Source: Acidobacteriota bacterium
GTDB lineage: Bacteria > Acidobacteriota > Vicinamibacteria > Vicinamibacterales > SCN-69-37
Length of the DNA: 64,000 bases
Assembly: GCA_020853395.1 (NCBI GenBank)
Contig: JADYYY010000008.1
Span: 21,889-85,888 of the forward strand
Direction of reading: 5' to 3'
Part shown: positions 32,328 through 46,124 of the stretch, in pieces
How the letters are laid out: each line of letters begins with the position of its first letter
Position numbering within the stretch: position 1 is the stretch's first letter
Notes under the pieces: model-generated
What the model was told of the DNA's origin: nothing
The model's database searches: none
Seen by the model: only the letters and a program-made list of their open reading frames with translations
Translations under genes and position numbers: made by a program

Positions 32328-33314
32328 ATGCAGTTGAGATTCACCCGCACCGTCGTGCTCGTTGCCGGGCTGTCGCTCGCAGCGGCCGGTTGCGGTCGGT
32401 ATTCGATCGGCAGCATCCGGTCCGCCAAAGCGTTCCAGGACGGTCTCGGCGACTATACGGGCGGCAACTTCACGAGCGCAGCCAAGAACTTCGAAGAAGC
32501 CGTGCGGCTGAATCCGGATTTCGGGTTCTCGTATTTCTTCCTGGGCAACAGCTACGACAAGATGTATCGGCCCTCCCGCAAGGGGGAGCCCGAGAACGAT
32601 ACCTACTTGACGAAGGCGGTGGAGAACTACCGCCAGTCGATCGAGCACCTGAAGACCTCGACCGAACCTCAGGCCGCCCAGTTCCTGAACCTGTCCTACC
32701 AGTATCTGATCGCCGCCTACGGCTCGGACCGGTTGAACGACTTCGGCAAGGCCGAAGAGGCTGCCAAGGAGCTCATCGCCACGACCCCCGACGAGCCAGG
32801 CAACTACCAGGCGCTGGCCCGCCTCTACCAGGAACAGGGCCGGAACGAAGAAGCGGAGGCCATGTTCATCAAGGGAGCCGAGGTCAAGTCGAACGACCCG
32901 GTTGGCTATCAACTGCTGGCGAATTTCTACAACCAGCAGGGCGAGTTCGACAAGACCCTCGCGGCGTTCGAGAAGCGGGCCGCCATCGAGCCGAACAACC
33001 CCGAGGCCTGGCACACGATGGGCACGTTCTACTACGAGAAGGTGCTTCGCGACACGAGGCTCTCGCTCGATACGGCCAAGAAATACCTGGCCGCCGGCCT
33101 TGCGGCCGAGGACAAGGCGCTCGGGCTCAACAAGGAGTACTACGAGGCCATCTCGTACAAGAACATGCTCCTGAGCCTGCAGGCGAACAAGGAAAGCAAC
33201 CCGGAGACGAAGAAGCGCCTGCTCGGCGAGGCCAAGAGCTACTACGACAAGGCGATCGAGATCCGGAAGAAGCAGGACGCCGCCGCGGCGTCGACTGCAG
33301 CCGGCAAGAAGTAA
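32328..33314 (+). CDS. TPR-repeat lipoprotein
   Basis: Lipobox LAAAGC, then repeated TPR-like A..Y....G helical units. AAAGGGGA SD. Confidence 0.8.
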   Translation: MQLRFTRTVVLVAGLSLAAAGCGRYSIGSIRSAKAFQDGLGDYTGGNFTSAAKNFEEAVRLNPDFGFSYFFLGNSYDKMYRPSRKGEPENDTYLTKAVENYRQSIEHLKTSTEPQAAQFLNLSYQYLIAAYGSDRLNDFGKAEEAAKELIATTPDEPGNYQALARLYQEQGRNEEAEAMFIKGAEVKSNDPVGYQLLANFYNQQGEFDKTLAAFEKRAAIEPNNPEAWHTMGTFYYEKVLRDTRLSLDTAKKYLAAGLAAEDKALGLNKEYYEAISYKNMLLSLQANKESNPETKKRLLGEAKSYYDKAIEIRKKQDAAAASTAAGKK

Positions 33315-33333
33315 CGCTCTCTCGGGCAGGTCC

Positions 33334-33372
33334 GGGGCGGGTCGCGCGAAAGCCGACCCGCCCCTTTCTTTT
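33334..33372 (+). terminator. Rho-independent terminator of the TPR gene
   Basis: GGGGCGGGTCG-loop-CGACCCGCCCC followed by TTTCTTTT. Confidence 0.75.
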
Positions 33373-33505
33373 CGCCTCGCCCCGGAAGCCCGCGAGCTCA
33401 CGTCCCCAGCAACGGACTCGGGGCCGGCCTCTCGGGTGCTCGCCTTCCACGACGGACGGGTGAAGGTAGTGGAGTGGCGCCCGTGGGCGGCGACGGCGCT
33501 CGGCG

Positions 33506-33545
33506 GAAAAAGAAACGGCCTGGGTGGACTGACCACCCAGGCCGT
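33506..33545 (-). terminator. Rho-independent terminator of the tonB-exbBD operon
   Basis: On the minus strand, CGGCCTGGGTGG-TCAGT-CCACCCAGGCCG is followed by TTTCTTTTTCC, 25 nt after the exbD stop. Confidence 0.7.
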
Positions 33546-33569
33546 CGAACGGGCAAAGCGACGTGGCGT

Positions 33570-34046
33570 CTAGCGTGCGGCCGAGCCGCCGCCGGCCGCT
33601 TCACGCTTCATGCCTTCGGTGACGACGCCGACCTTCTCGACGCCCGCGCCCATGGCGGCGTCGATGACCTGCATGATCTCGCCGTAGCGCACGTTGGGTG
33701 CGCCGATGAGAAACAGCGTCTTGTCCTTGCGGGTCTCGTAGAGCTCCCGGAACTTCTGCTCGGCGGCCAACAGCGAGACTTCCTGCTTGTTGATGGTCAG
33801 CCGGCGATCGGACGTGAACTCGGCGACGACCTGGCCGAGCACGTCGGCGGCCTTGGCGTTCGCGTTCGTCTCGAGCGGCAGGTTGATGTCGACGCCGCGC
33901 TGGGTCAGCGGCAGGGCCGCCATGAAGATGATCAGCAGCACGAGCAGCACGTCGATGAGCGGCGTGACGTTCATGTCGGCCGAGGCCTGCGGGGCTTCGG
34001 CCTTCTTGACCGTCTCGGCGCCGTGGTGCATGTGAGCGTGGCTCAT
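33570..34046 (-). CDS. exbD: Biopolymer transport protein ExbD/TolR
   Basis: NVTPLIDVLLVLLIIFM TM segment plus a periplasmic domain. Confidence 0.9.
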   Translation of the reverse strand: MSHAHMHHGAETVKKAEAPQASADMNVTPLIDVLLVLLIIFMAALPLTQRGVDINLPLETNANAKAADVLGQVVAEFTSDRRLTINKQEVSLLAAEQKFRELYETRKDKTLFLIGAPNVRYGEIMQVIDAAMGAGVEKVGVVTEGMKREAAGGGSAAR

Positions 34047-34058
34047 TCGCGTTCTCCC

Positions 34059-34475
34059 CTAGTCTTTCTTCAGCTCGGTGATCAACGCGACCGAGTCGAT
34101 CTTGGCGCCGCGCAAGGCGTCCATCATCTTCATGATCGCGCCATATGGCGCGTCCTTGTCGCCCTTGAGGTACACCGTCTTCTCCGCCTTGTTCTCGAGG
34201 CTGCTCGTCAAGCGGTTGATGAGCTCGACCTCCGAGAGCTGAATGGCGTTGATGTAGAGCTTGCTCTGCCCGTCGATGTAGACGACCGTCTGGTCGGACG
34301 TGTCGGGCTTCTCGGCCGTGTTCTTGGCCTGAGGCAACGTCAGCTCGACGCCCTTCTGCAGCAGCGGCGCCACGATCATCATGATGATCAGGAGCACCAG
34401 CATGACGTCGACGAGCGGCGTCACGTTGATATCGGATTTGACGCCGCCTTTGGCGCCGCCGACATCCATGGCCAT
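34059..34475 (-). CDS. exbD: Biopolymer transport protein ExbD/TolR (second copy)
   Basis: [20 protein letters not shown] segment. Confidence 0.9.
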   Translation of the reverse strand: MAMDVGGAKGGVKSDINVTPLVDVMLVLLIIMMIVAPLLQKGVELTLPQAKNTAEKPDTSDQTVVYIDGQSKLYINAIQLSEVELINRLTSSLENKAEKTVYLKGDKDAPYGAIMKMMDALRGAKIDSVALITELKKD

Positions 34476-34569
34476 GATCGAACTCCTTGCGTGATTGGGG
34501 CGGGCGTCCGGGACTCTGCGGCGGACATCGCCCGCAGACTCCCGGAGCCTGATGCCCGATCAGTCCGCC

Positions 34570-35241
34570 TTAGGCGGCCTTCTTGATGAAGTAATCCACC
34601 AGCTCGGACGACGAGTTGTCCATCTCGACGTTGAAGTACTCGAGCCGGCCCGTGAAGTAGTTGTACATCCAGACCGCCGGGATCGCCACGACGAGCCCGA
34701 GCGCCGTCTCGATGAGCGCTTCGGAGATACCGGCCGACACGGCGCCGAGACCACCGGAGCCGGCGGCGGCGATGCCCTGGAACGCGGAGATGATGCCGAC
34801 GACCGTGCCGAGCAGCCCGACGAACGGCGCCGTCGCGCCGATGGTGGCGAGCGCCGGGATGCCCTTCTTCAGGTCATTGGCCGTGAGAGCCGTCGCACGC
34901 TGAATCGCACGGCGGACGGTGTCGACCATGTCGTCGCGGCTCATCGCTCCACCAGCGTCGTGCTGGAACTGGTATTCCTGGAGGCCGGCGAGCACCACCT
35001 TCGCGAGATGGCTGTACTGGTAGGTCTTGGCCTGGGAGACGGTGAGCGCGTCCTTCAGCCGGCCCTCCTTGAGGTGCTTGGCCACTTGAGGCGCGTAAAG
35101 CTTCGACTGCTTCCGTGCCTGGGAAAAGGTGTAGAACCGCTCGATTGCCACGCCAAACGACCACATCGACATGAACACCAGAATGAAGGCCACCACTTTG
35201 GCGACCCATCCCATCTGGGCCCACATATGCATCAAGTCCAT
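34570..35241 (-). CDS. exbB: MotA/TolQ/ExbB proton-channel protein
   Basis: ATIGATAPFVGLLGTVVGI and EALIETALGL motifs. Confidence 0.9.
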   Translation of the reverse strand: MDLMHMWAQMGWVAKVVAFILVFMSMWSFGVAIERFYTFSQARKQSKLYAPQVAKHLKEGRLKDALTVSQAKTYQYSHLAKVVLAGLQEYQFQHDAGGAMSRDDMVDTVRRAIQRATALTANDLKKGIPALATIGATAPFVGLLGTVVGIISAFQGIAAAGSGGLGAVSAGISEALIETALGLVVAIPAVWMYNYFTGRLEYFNVEMDNSSSELVDYFIKKAA

Positions 35242-35358
35242 TTCCTGCCTCCGAAGCCTTTCTGAGTTTTAGCCTGCGTTCCCTACCAGAAGTCCTGCGC
35301 CGTCACGCGCGCGGCGCAGGACGTATGCGTCCGAGCTTGCTGTGTCTTCCGCCCGTTC

Positions 35359-36060
35359 TCAGTTGAACGTGAAGTTCACCGTGACGGTCATGATGACCTC
35401 CACGGGCTCGCCGTTCAGCAGCGTCGGGCTGTACTTCCACTGGCTCACGGCGTCGATCGCGGCTTGGTCGAGGACTCCCCCCGAGCGGGTCACCCTCAGG
35501 TCCTTCACGCTGCCGTCCTTGGCGATGACGGCCTCGAGGAAGACGATGCCCGACAAGCGCGCCGCGCGCGCAATGGCCGGATAGATCGGCTTGACATCTT
35601 TGATCTTCGAGGGTGGCTTGATGTCGCCACCGACGCGAACGGGCGCCGCCGGGGGCGGCGGTGGTGCGACCGAGACCGCGGCGGTGGGCGCCGGCAGGTT
35701 GCTCGGAATACCGCCGACCTGCGACACGATCCTGGGCGGCGGCTCGGGCTTGATCTCTTTCGGCGCCTCGACCGGCGCCGCAGCCGGATTCACGTTCACC
35801 TCGACCGGCGGGGGCGGCGGCGGAGGTGTGGCCGACGGCGGGGGCGGCGGCGGAGGCGGCGGCGGGGGCGGCGGCGGCACCGCCGCGAACGCCATCACCG
35901 ACTGGGGAGTCGGCAGCGCATCGGTCGCGAGCAGGGGAATGACGATGAGCGCCCCAAGACCAACAACGTGCGTCAAGATCGAGAGCGGGACCGTGTACCA
36001 CTGCTTGGTCCCCACCCGAACTGACGGCTTCACTACATCGCCGAACATATCGCGTGGCAC
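35359..36060 (-). CDS. tonB: Energy transducer TonB
   Basis: N-terminal anchor, a run of 15 Pro plus further PPPP blocks, and a C-terminal TonB domain (GIVFLEAVIAKDGSV...). GTG start with AAGGAGG SD. Confidence 0.9.
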   Translation of the reverse strand: MPRDMFGDVVKPSVRVGTKQWYTVPLSILTHVVGLGALIVIPLLATDALPTPQSVMAFAAVPPPPPPPPPPPPPPSATPPPPPPPVEVNVNPAAAPVEAPKEIKPEPPPRIVSQVGGIPSNLPAPTAAVSVAPPPPPAAPVRVGGDIKPPSKIKDVKPIYPAIARAARLSGIVFLEAVIAKDGSVKDLRVTRSGGVLDQAAIDAVSQWKYSPTLLNGEPVEVIMTVTVNFTFN

Positions 36061-36203
36061 GAGCGAACCTCCTTACAGCCGGTCTCTTTCGTCGTTCGTC
36101 AGGCACCTCTGCCGGCGCCTTCTCAGGTCTGCTATGCGCTCCTGGTGGGCCACTCCCCAAGACGCCCCAGGGCATCAGCGGGCTGGTTTTGCAAAGGCCC
36201 GGA

Positions 36204-36233
36204 ATTATAAGCAGACCCAAAAAACCGTGTCAA
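36204..36233 (-). promoter_or_regulatory. Consensus sigma70 promoter of the tonB-exbB-exbD-exbD operon
   Basis: On the minus strand: TTGACA (36228-36233), 18 nt spacer, TATAAT (36204-36209). Implies a ~135-nt 5' UTR. Confidence 0.65.
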
Positions 36234-36312
36234 CGAACTCTTCGAGCCGGCTCCTCGTCGATTACGTACATCCCTTAGACACCGGCTCCGGCGGGTTGGC
36301 CCTCCACCGCCG

Positions 36313-38781
<2,469 letters not shown>

Positions 38782-38884
38782 CGTTGTCGCGTCTCCTTCT
38801 TCTCTCTCGGGGCCGGCGAGAGCACCGGCCCGACACCTGGATCGCTGGGGCCTCAGTCTATCCTCAGTAACGGAACGGCCCACG

Positions 38885-39496
38885 TCAGGGCCTGGGCTCC
38901 TCGTGCACGCTGAGCCGATCGCGCAGCCCCATCCCTCCGGTGAGGAACACCCGGATCCCTTCCTCGACGGTCAGTGCCGGAAACGACACGCGTTCCGCCG
39001 GGCACACGATGACGTCCCCCAGATAGAGATGATTCGTCGGCACGTACACCGCATAGTGCAGCGCGGGCCCCTCCCCTCGATCCACGAGGAATTCTTTCGT
39101 GAGAAAGCCGAGCACGAGATGCCCGCCATGGTCCACGAGCACCATGCGCTTGAACCCCGTGTCGGCATCCGGCGAGAACGCCGAGATGAGCTGTTTCACC
39201 GGGGCGTACACGGTCCGAAAGAGCGGGATGTGCAGCAGGATGCGCTCCGCCCGCTGCAGCAGCCGCCGGCCGATGACGTTCGTCGCGACGATCCCGATGA
39301 CGAGCACGAAGACCGCCGTCGCGAAGATGCCGAGGCCGGGCAGGTGGCGCCCGATCACGCGCTCGCCGAGCCCGCTCGTCAGCCGGTCTCCCCACTGGAG
39401 CACCCACACGATCGCGACGACGCTCACGACGAGGGGGACGGTGACGAACACCCCCGCCAGGAACCGTCGCCGGAGCCAGCCCATGAGGCCACCCAT
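38885..39496 (-). CDS. DUF502-family membrane protein
   Basis: 203 aa. Two N-terminal TM segments, IPLFRTVYAPVKQL, and C-terminal YVPTNHLYLGD. The longer track ORF (to 40129) is an overlap artefact. Confidence 0.8.
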   Translation of the reverse strand: MGGLMGWLRRRFLAGVFVTVPLVVSVVAIVWVLQWGDRLTSGLGERVIGRHLPGLGIFATAVFVLVIGIVATNVIGRRLLQRAERILLHIPLFRTVYAPVKQLISAFSPDADTGFKRMVLVDHGGHLVLGFLTKEFLVDRGEGPALHYAVYVPTNHLYLGDVIVCPAERVSFPALTVEEGIRVFLTGGMGLRDRLSVHEEPRP

Positions 39497-40296
39497 CACA
39501 GCCACCCGGCGCCGATCGCCCCGAACACCGCGAGGCCCGCGACGATCCGGTACCACGCGAACGGCACGAAGCCCGATCGGCCGACGATCCGCAGAAACGG
39601 CTTCACGACGAGCAGCGCGGCCAGGAAGGCCATGGCGAACCCGACGGCGAGCTCCGCGCCGCGATCCGGCGTGAGCTCGTGCCGGACCGACCAGATCTCG
39701 TGTACGAACGCGCCAGCCATCGTCGGCATCGCCAGGAAGAACGAGAATTCCGCCGCCGCCGCGCGATCCAGGCCGGCGACGAGCCCGCCGATGATGGTGG
39801 CGCCCGACCTCGACACGCCGGGCACGAGCGCGAGCGTCTGGCAGACGCCAATGGCAAATGCTCTCGACAATGGCGTGCGGTCGGCAGAAGCCACCACCGG
39901 CTGCGGGCGGAAACGCTCGACCACCAGCATGACGATGCCGCCGGCGATGAAGGCGGTCGCGATCACCGACGGGCGTTCGTACAGCACCTGCTTGACGAAG
40001 CCTTCGAGCAGCAGGCCCGCCACGACCGCTGGGGCGAACGCGACGAGGATCATCAGGACGAAATGCCGGGCCTCGGGACGGCTCCGGAGCCCGCGGAGCA
40101 CGCCGAGCAGGCGGGCGCGGTACAACCACATCACCGCGAGAATCGACCCGAACTGAATCGAGATCTTGAACACGTCGCCCGGGTCCTCGAACGCCAGGGC
40201 CCGGCCGGCGAGCAGCAGATGTGCCGTCGACGACACCGGCAGGAACTCGGTCAGCCCCTGCAGCACGCCCAGGAGGACGGCCGACACCAGTGTCAT
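39496..40296 (-). CDS. uppP: Undecaprenyl-diphosphate phosphatase
   Basis: GLTEFLPVSSTAHL and PGVSRSGATI motifs. Confidence 0.9.
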   Translation of the reverse strand: MTLVSAVLLGVLQGLTEFLPVSSTAHLLLAGRALAFEDPGDVFKISIQFGSILAVMWLYRARLLGVLRGLRSRPEARHFVLMILVAFAPAVVAGLLLEGFVKQVLYERPSVIATAFIAGGIVMLVVERFRPQPVVASADRTPLSRAFAIGVCQTLALVPGVSRSGATIIGGLVAGLDRAAAAEFSFFLAMPTMAGAFVHEIWSVRHELTPDRGAELAVGFAMAFLAALLVVKPFLRIVGRSGFVPFAWYRIVAGLAVFGAIGAGWL

Positions 40297-40326
40297 CGCC
40301 GCACGCGGGACGGCAGCGCCGGGCCG

Positions 40327-41304
40327 TCAGGCCCGGCGGCGGCGGCGCGGCGCGTCGGCTGCAGGCCGCGTCGCCGTCGTCTGGACGGTCGAACCGCGGC
40401 GGCTGAGCATGATGGCGATGGCCGACGCGATGAACACCGTGGAGTAGGTGCCGGTGACGATCCCGACGAGCATCGTGAAGGCGAAGCCGCGCAGCACGTC
40501 GCCGCCGAAGAGGAACAGCGCCACCACGGCCAGGAAGGTGGTGCCGGCCGTGATGATCGTCCGGCCGAGCGTCTGATTGACGCTCCGGTTGACGACGTCC
40601 TCGAGCGCCTCGCGGCGGACCTGACGCTGGTTCTCGCGAACGCGGTCGAAGATGACGATCGTGTCGTTCACCGAGTAGCCCGCGATCGTGAGGATGGCCG
40701 CGATCACGTTCAGCGACAGGTCATAGCCGAACCAGGTCAGGAACACGAGCGTGACGAGGATGTCGTGGAAGGTCGCGGCAATCGCCCCGACGGCGAAGCT
40801 GAAGCGGAAGCGGAACGCGATGTAGAGCAGAATGCCGCCGAGCGCCGCCAGCGTGGCCCAAATCCCCTTCCGTTGGAGATCGCGCCCGACGGTCGGCCCG
40901 ACGATTTCGCGGCTGATGACCTTGTACGCCCCGATGTTCGCGGCCCGCATCGCCTCGTCGATGCGCTTGGCGTCCTGATCGAGGTTCTGCTCCTGCGTGC
41001 CGGTCTGCGGCAGGCGCACCATGATCGCGTTCGACGTCTGGGCGCCGGCCGTGCCCGACGCTCCGCCGTAGCGCTGCACGACCGCGTCGGAGCCGAGCGG
41101 GCCGAGGGCCTGCCGCACGGCGTCTTCGCTCGTCGCCTGCTCGAACTGCATGACGACGACCGTCCCGCCCGAGAAGTCGATGCCGAGACGCAGCCCGCCG
41201 GCGGCGATCGTCGCCAGGCCGGCCAGGATGACGGCAATCGACAGGCCCAAGGCGTGCCAGCGCCACTTGATGAAGTTGAAGTTCGGATTCGTGAGGATGC
41301 GCAT
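40327..41304 (-). CDS. secF: Protein translocase subunit SecF
   Basis: GIDFSGGT motif, YSVNDTIVIFDRVREN, and position after secD. Confidence 0.95.
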   Translation of the reverse strand: MRILTNPNFNFIKWRWHALGLSIAVILAGLATIAAGGLRLGIDFSGGTVVVMQFEQATSEDAVRQALGPLGSDAVVQRYGGASGTAGAQTSNAIMVRLPQTGTQEQNLDQDAKRIDEAMRAANIGAYKVISREIVGPTVGRDLQRKGIWATLAALGGILLYIAFRFRFSFAVGAIAATFHDILVTLVFLTWFGYDLSLNVIAAILTIAGYSVNDTIVIFDRVRENQRQVRREALEDVVNRSVNQTLGRTIITAGTTFLAVVALFLFGGDVLRGFAFTMLVGIVTGTYSTVFIASAIAIMLSRRGSTVQTTATRPAADAPRRRRRA

Positions 41305-41321
41305 GACGCGTGAGCCCCTGG

Positions 41322-42878
41322 CTAGACGCTCAACTGCGTGCTGCCGGCCGGGCGTCTCGACAGCACGAGCTCGAAGAGGGTCCGAGACACGAACACCGCC
41401 GTGAAGACGTTGGCGATCAGCCCGAAGAAGAGCGTGGTCGCGAAACCGCGGATCGGTCCGGTGCCGAACTGGAACAGGAAGGCGGCCGCGATGAGCGACG
41501 AGACGTGCGTGTCGAGGATCGTGATGAAGACGCGATCGAAGCCGGCGGCGATCGCCTGCTTGGCCGTCTTGCGGTTCGCCAGCTCTTCACGAATCCGCTC
41601 GAAGATGAGCACGTTCGAATCGACGCCCATGCCGATCGTCAGGATGAAGCCCGCGATGCCCGGCAGCGTCATGACCGCCCCGGCGTAGGCCATGAACCCC
41701 AGCAGGATGACGAGGTTGAGCGCCACGGACACGAACGCGTTGATGCCGGCCAGCCGGTAGTAGACCAGCATGAACAGCGTCACGAGCGCGAGGCCGATGA
41801 GCGAGGCCGTCACACCGGCGCGAATCGAGTCGGCGCCGAGCGACGGCCCGACTTCGCGCTCCTCGAGATAGGTCAGCGAGGCGGGCAGCGCGCCCGATCG
41901 CAGCACGAGCGCCAGATCGCTCGCCTCCTGCTGCGTGAACCGGCCCGTGATGCGCCCCTCGGTGCTGATCGGCCCCTCGATGCGCGGCGCCGAGACGACG
42001 CGGTCATCGATCACGATCGCCAGGAAACGGCCGACGTTCGCGGACGTCGCGCGGCTGAACTTCGCGCCGCCCTCGCTGTTGAGCGTGAACGAGACGGCCG
42101 GCGTGTTGTACTCGTCGAGCGTCGGCCGGGAATTGCGCAGGTCGCGCCCGGTGATCACCGGAGCCCGGCGCACGAGATAGTAGCCCGGCGCGCCGCTCTG
42201 ATCGCCGACGCCGCCGACGGTCTCCATGTCGGCGGGCACTTGGCCGTTCGTCGCCTGCAGCAGGGACGCCTGATCGGCCGCCGGCCCGGCTTCGACCAGC
42301 TTGAGCTCGAGCACCGCCGTCTTGCCGATGATGCTCTTCGCGCGCGGCACGTCCGTCACGCCCGGGAGCTGCACGATGATCTGCTCGGCGTTCGTGCCGT
42401 AGGGCGCGACGACCGGCTCGGAAACGCCGAGCTCGTTGACCCGGCGATCGATCGTCTGAATCGCCTGCGTCACCGCTTCGGCCCGCCGCTGGACGATGAC
42501 GTTCGGTTTCATCCGGAATGCGTAGGCGCCGGGCCCGCTCTGATCGCGGTCGAAGGACTGCGACAGCCACTGGTCGGCAATCGTCCGGAACTGTTGATCG
42601 TTGGCCGACGGCACGTTCTCGGCCACGAACGCCGTGAGGCCCGTGACCCGCGTCGCGACCGTGACGCCGGCATCCTTCAGGGCCGCCGCGAGCTGATCGG
42701 CCGCCGTCTGCGTCTCGAGCCGCAGCGCGTCGTCGGTCTGCACGCCGAGGACGAAGTGCACGCCGCCCTTGAGATCGAGACCGAGCTTGACCTTCTGACT
42801 CGGCGGGACGAACAGCCAGGTCGACAGGCCGGTCACGGCCAGGATGAGCAGGAACTTCCAGCGAAGATTCTTGTACAT
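41322..42878 (-). CDS. secD: Protein translocase subunit SecD
   Basis: LGLDLKGGVH and GMGVDSNVLIFERIREE motifs. Confidence 0.95.
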   Translation of the reverse strand: MYKNLRWKFLLILAVTGLSTWLFVPPSQKVKLGLDLKGGVHFVLGVQTDDALRLETQTAADQLAAALKDAGVTVATRVTGLTAFVAENVPSANDQQFRTIADQWLSQSFDRDQSGPGAYAFRMKPNVIVQRRAEAVTQAIQTIDRRVNELGVSEPVVAPYGTNAEQIIVQLPGVTDVPRAKSIIGKTAVLELKLVEAGPAADQASLLQATNGQVPADMETVGGVGDQSGAPGYYLVRRAPVITGRDLRNSRPTLDEYNTPAVSFTLNSEGGAKFSRATSANVGRFLAIVIDDRVVSAPRIEGPISTEGRITGRFTQQEASDLALVLRSGALPASLTYLEEREVGPSLGADSIRAGVTASLIGLALVTLFMLVYYRLAGINAFVSVALNLVILLGFMAYAGAVMTLPGIAGFILTIGMGVDSNVLIFERIREELANRKTAKQAIAAGFDRVFITILDTHVSSLIAAAFLFQFGTGPIRGFATTLFFGLIANVFTAVFVSRTLFELVLSRRPAGSTQLSV

Positions 42879-42880
42879 AC

Positions 42881-43231
42881 CTAAAGCGTTCCGCCCTCCT
42901 TCACCACCGGCTCCTGCCCCTGATAGCCGCCGACCGAAGCTCGGGACACCTCGATCCTGACCTTGTCGGCGATCTGGAGCTGGACCGTCTTGCCGTCGAG
43001 CTTCGTGATCTGGCCGTACAGGCCGCTCGTGGTGATCACGCGATCGCCGACCTTGAGCGCGTCCTGGAACTCCTGGACCTTGCGCTGGCGCTTTCGCATG
43101 GGCAGCAGCACCAGAAGATAGAAGATGCCGATGACGAGCAGGAACGGCAGCAACTGCACGAGCAGATTGGGCGACGACTGGCCCGGCTGAGCCATCGCGA
43201 CCACCAGGGGCAACAGAATGATCTGGGTCAT
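42881..43231 (-). CDS. yajC: Preprotein translocase subunit YajC
   Basis: Single TM segment, MRKRQRK, GDRVITTSGLYGQI. Confidence 0.9.
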   Translation of the reverse strand: MTQIILLPLVVAMAQPGQSSPNLLVQLLPFLLVIGIFYLLVLLPMRKRQRKVQEFQDALKVGDRVITTSGLYGQITKLDGKTVQLQIADKVRIEVSRASVGGYQGQEPVVKEGGTL

Positions 43232-45611
<2,380 letters not shown>

Positions 45612-45663
45612 CGTCGCACGACGTCGCCGACCACAACTTTTGACAACGCACGTGAATTTGTGC

Positions 45664-45693
45664 TTGACAGGACGGAAGTCTCGTCCGTAATCT
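45664..45693 (+). promoter_or_regulatory. Near-consensus sigma70 promoter in the ddl-downstream intergenic region
   Basis: TTGACA (45664-45669), 18 nt spacer, TAATCT (45688-45693). Confidence 0.6.
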
Positions 45694-45699
45694 ACATCT

Positions 45700-45890
45700 T
45701 GCGTGAGAGCCATTCGCTCAGCCCAGTTATTGGGTACTGCGGAGACGAGCCAAGCGAGGCCTCTCCCGCGTGCGTTCTCGACGGAAGCCGGCGCTCGCCG
45801 GCGGCTGCGAACGCCGCGGCACGCCAGACGCGAGAAGGGTTCGGGCTCGCGAGCTATCGAGGTGCGGCATGGGTGCCGCGCTTTTTTTTT
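45700..45890 (+). ncRNA. Candidate structured small RNA or cis-leader of unrecognised family
   Basis: Bounded by the promoter above and an intrinsic terminator. GC-rich nested helices throughout. No SD-preceded ORF. Confidence 0.45.
45862..45890 (+). terminator. Rho-independent terminator
   Basis: GTGCGGCA-TGGG-TGCCGCGC followed by a run of 9 T. Confidence 0.8.
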
Positions 45891-46048
45891 GAGTTCTGAA
45901 TCGTCGGAGCGTCGCGCGTCCAACGCGCGCGCGTCCGCAACGATGCCAGGGAACTTCGTTTCAGGGTCGGGCAGACCGAGCGGTCGCGACGCCAGGACGA
46001 AGGTGAACGCCTGAGCAGTAGACCAAGCCGAAAGGGGGGACTGAGAGC

Positions 46049-46102
46049 ATGGCGAAGAAAGCAGCCAAGGGCGGAAAGAAGAAGGGCGGCAAGAAGCGGT
46101 AA
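46049..46102 (+). CDS. 17-aa highly basic micro-protein (MAKKAAKGGKKKGGKKR)
   Basis: GGGGGGA SD 8 nt upstream of the ATG. An in-frame TAG at 46019 prevents any longer form. A strong terminator follows 22 nt after the TAA. Below the ORF-track length cutoff. Confidence 0.45.
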   Translation: MAKKAAKGGKKKGGKKR

Positions 46103-46124
46103 GCACGCCCTCCCGCTAAGAAAA

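Noticed and set aside
35780-35890. The GGC-rich tandem tract, considered as a CRISPR-like or VNTR intergenic repeat.
   Set aside because: It lies inside tonB and encodes the expected poly-proline linker. There is no repeat-spacer organisation, and no CRISPR array is seen anywhere in the window.
45964-46018. Partial resemblance to the ZTP (pfl) riboswitch: GGGUCG...GGUCGCGAC...ACGCCUGAGCA versus the GGGUCGUGACUGGCG / CCGCCUGGGCA cores.
   Set aside because: Only about half of the conserved positions match, and the invariant GGG of the 3' core is broken. The downstream micro-ORF is also not a purine or folate gene. A cmscan would settle it.
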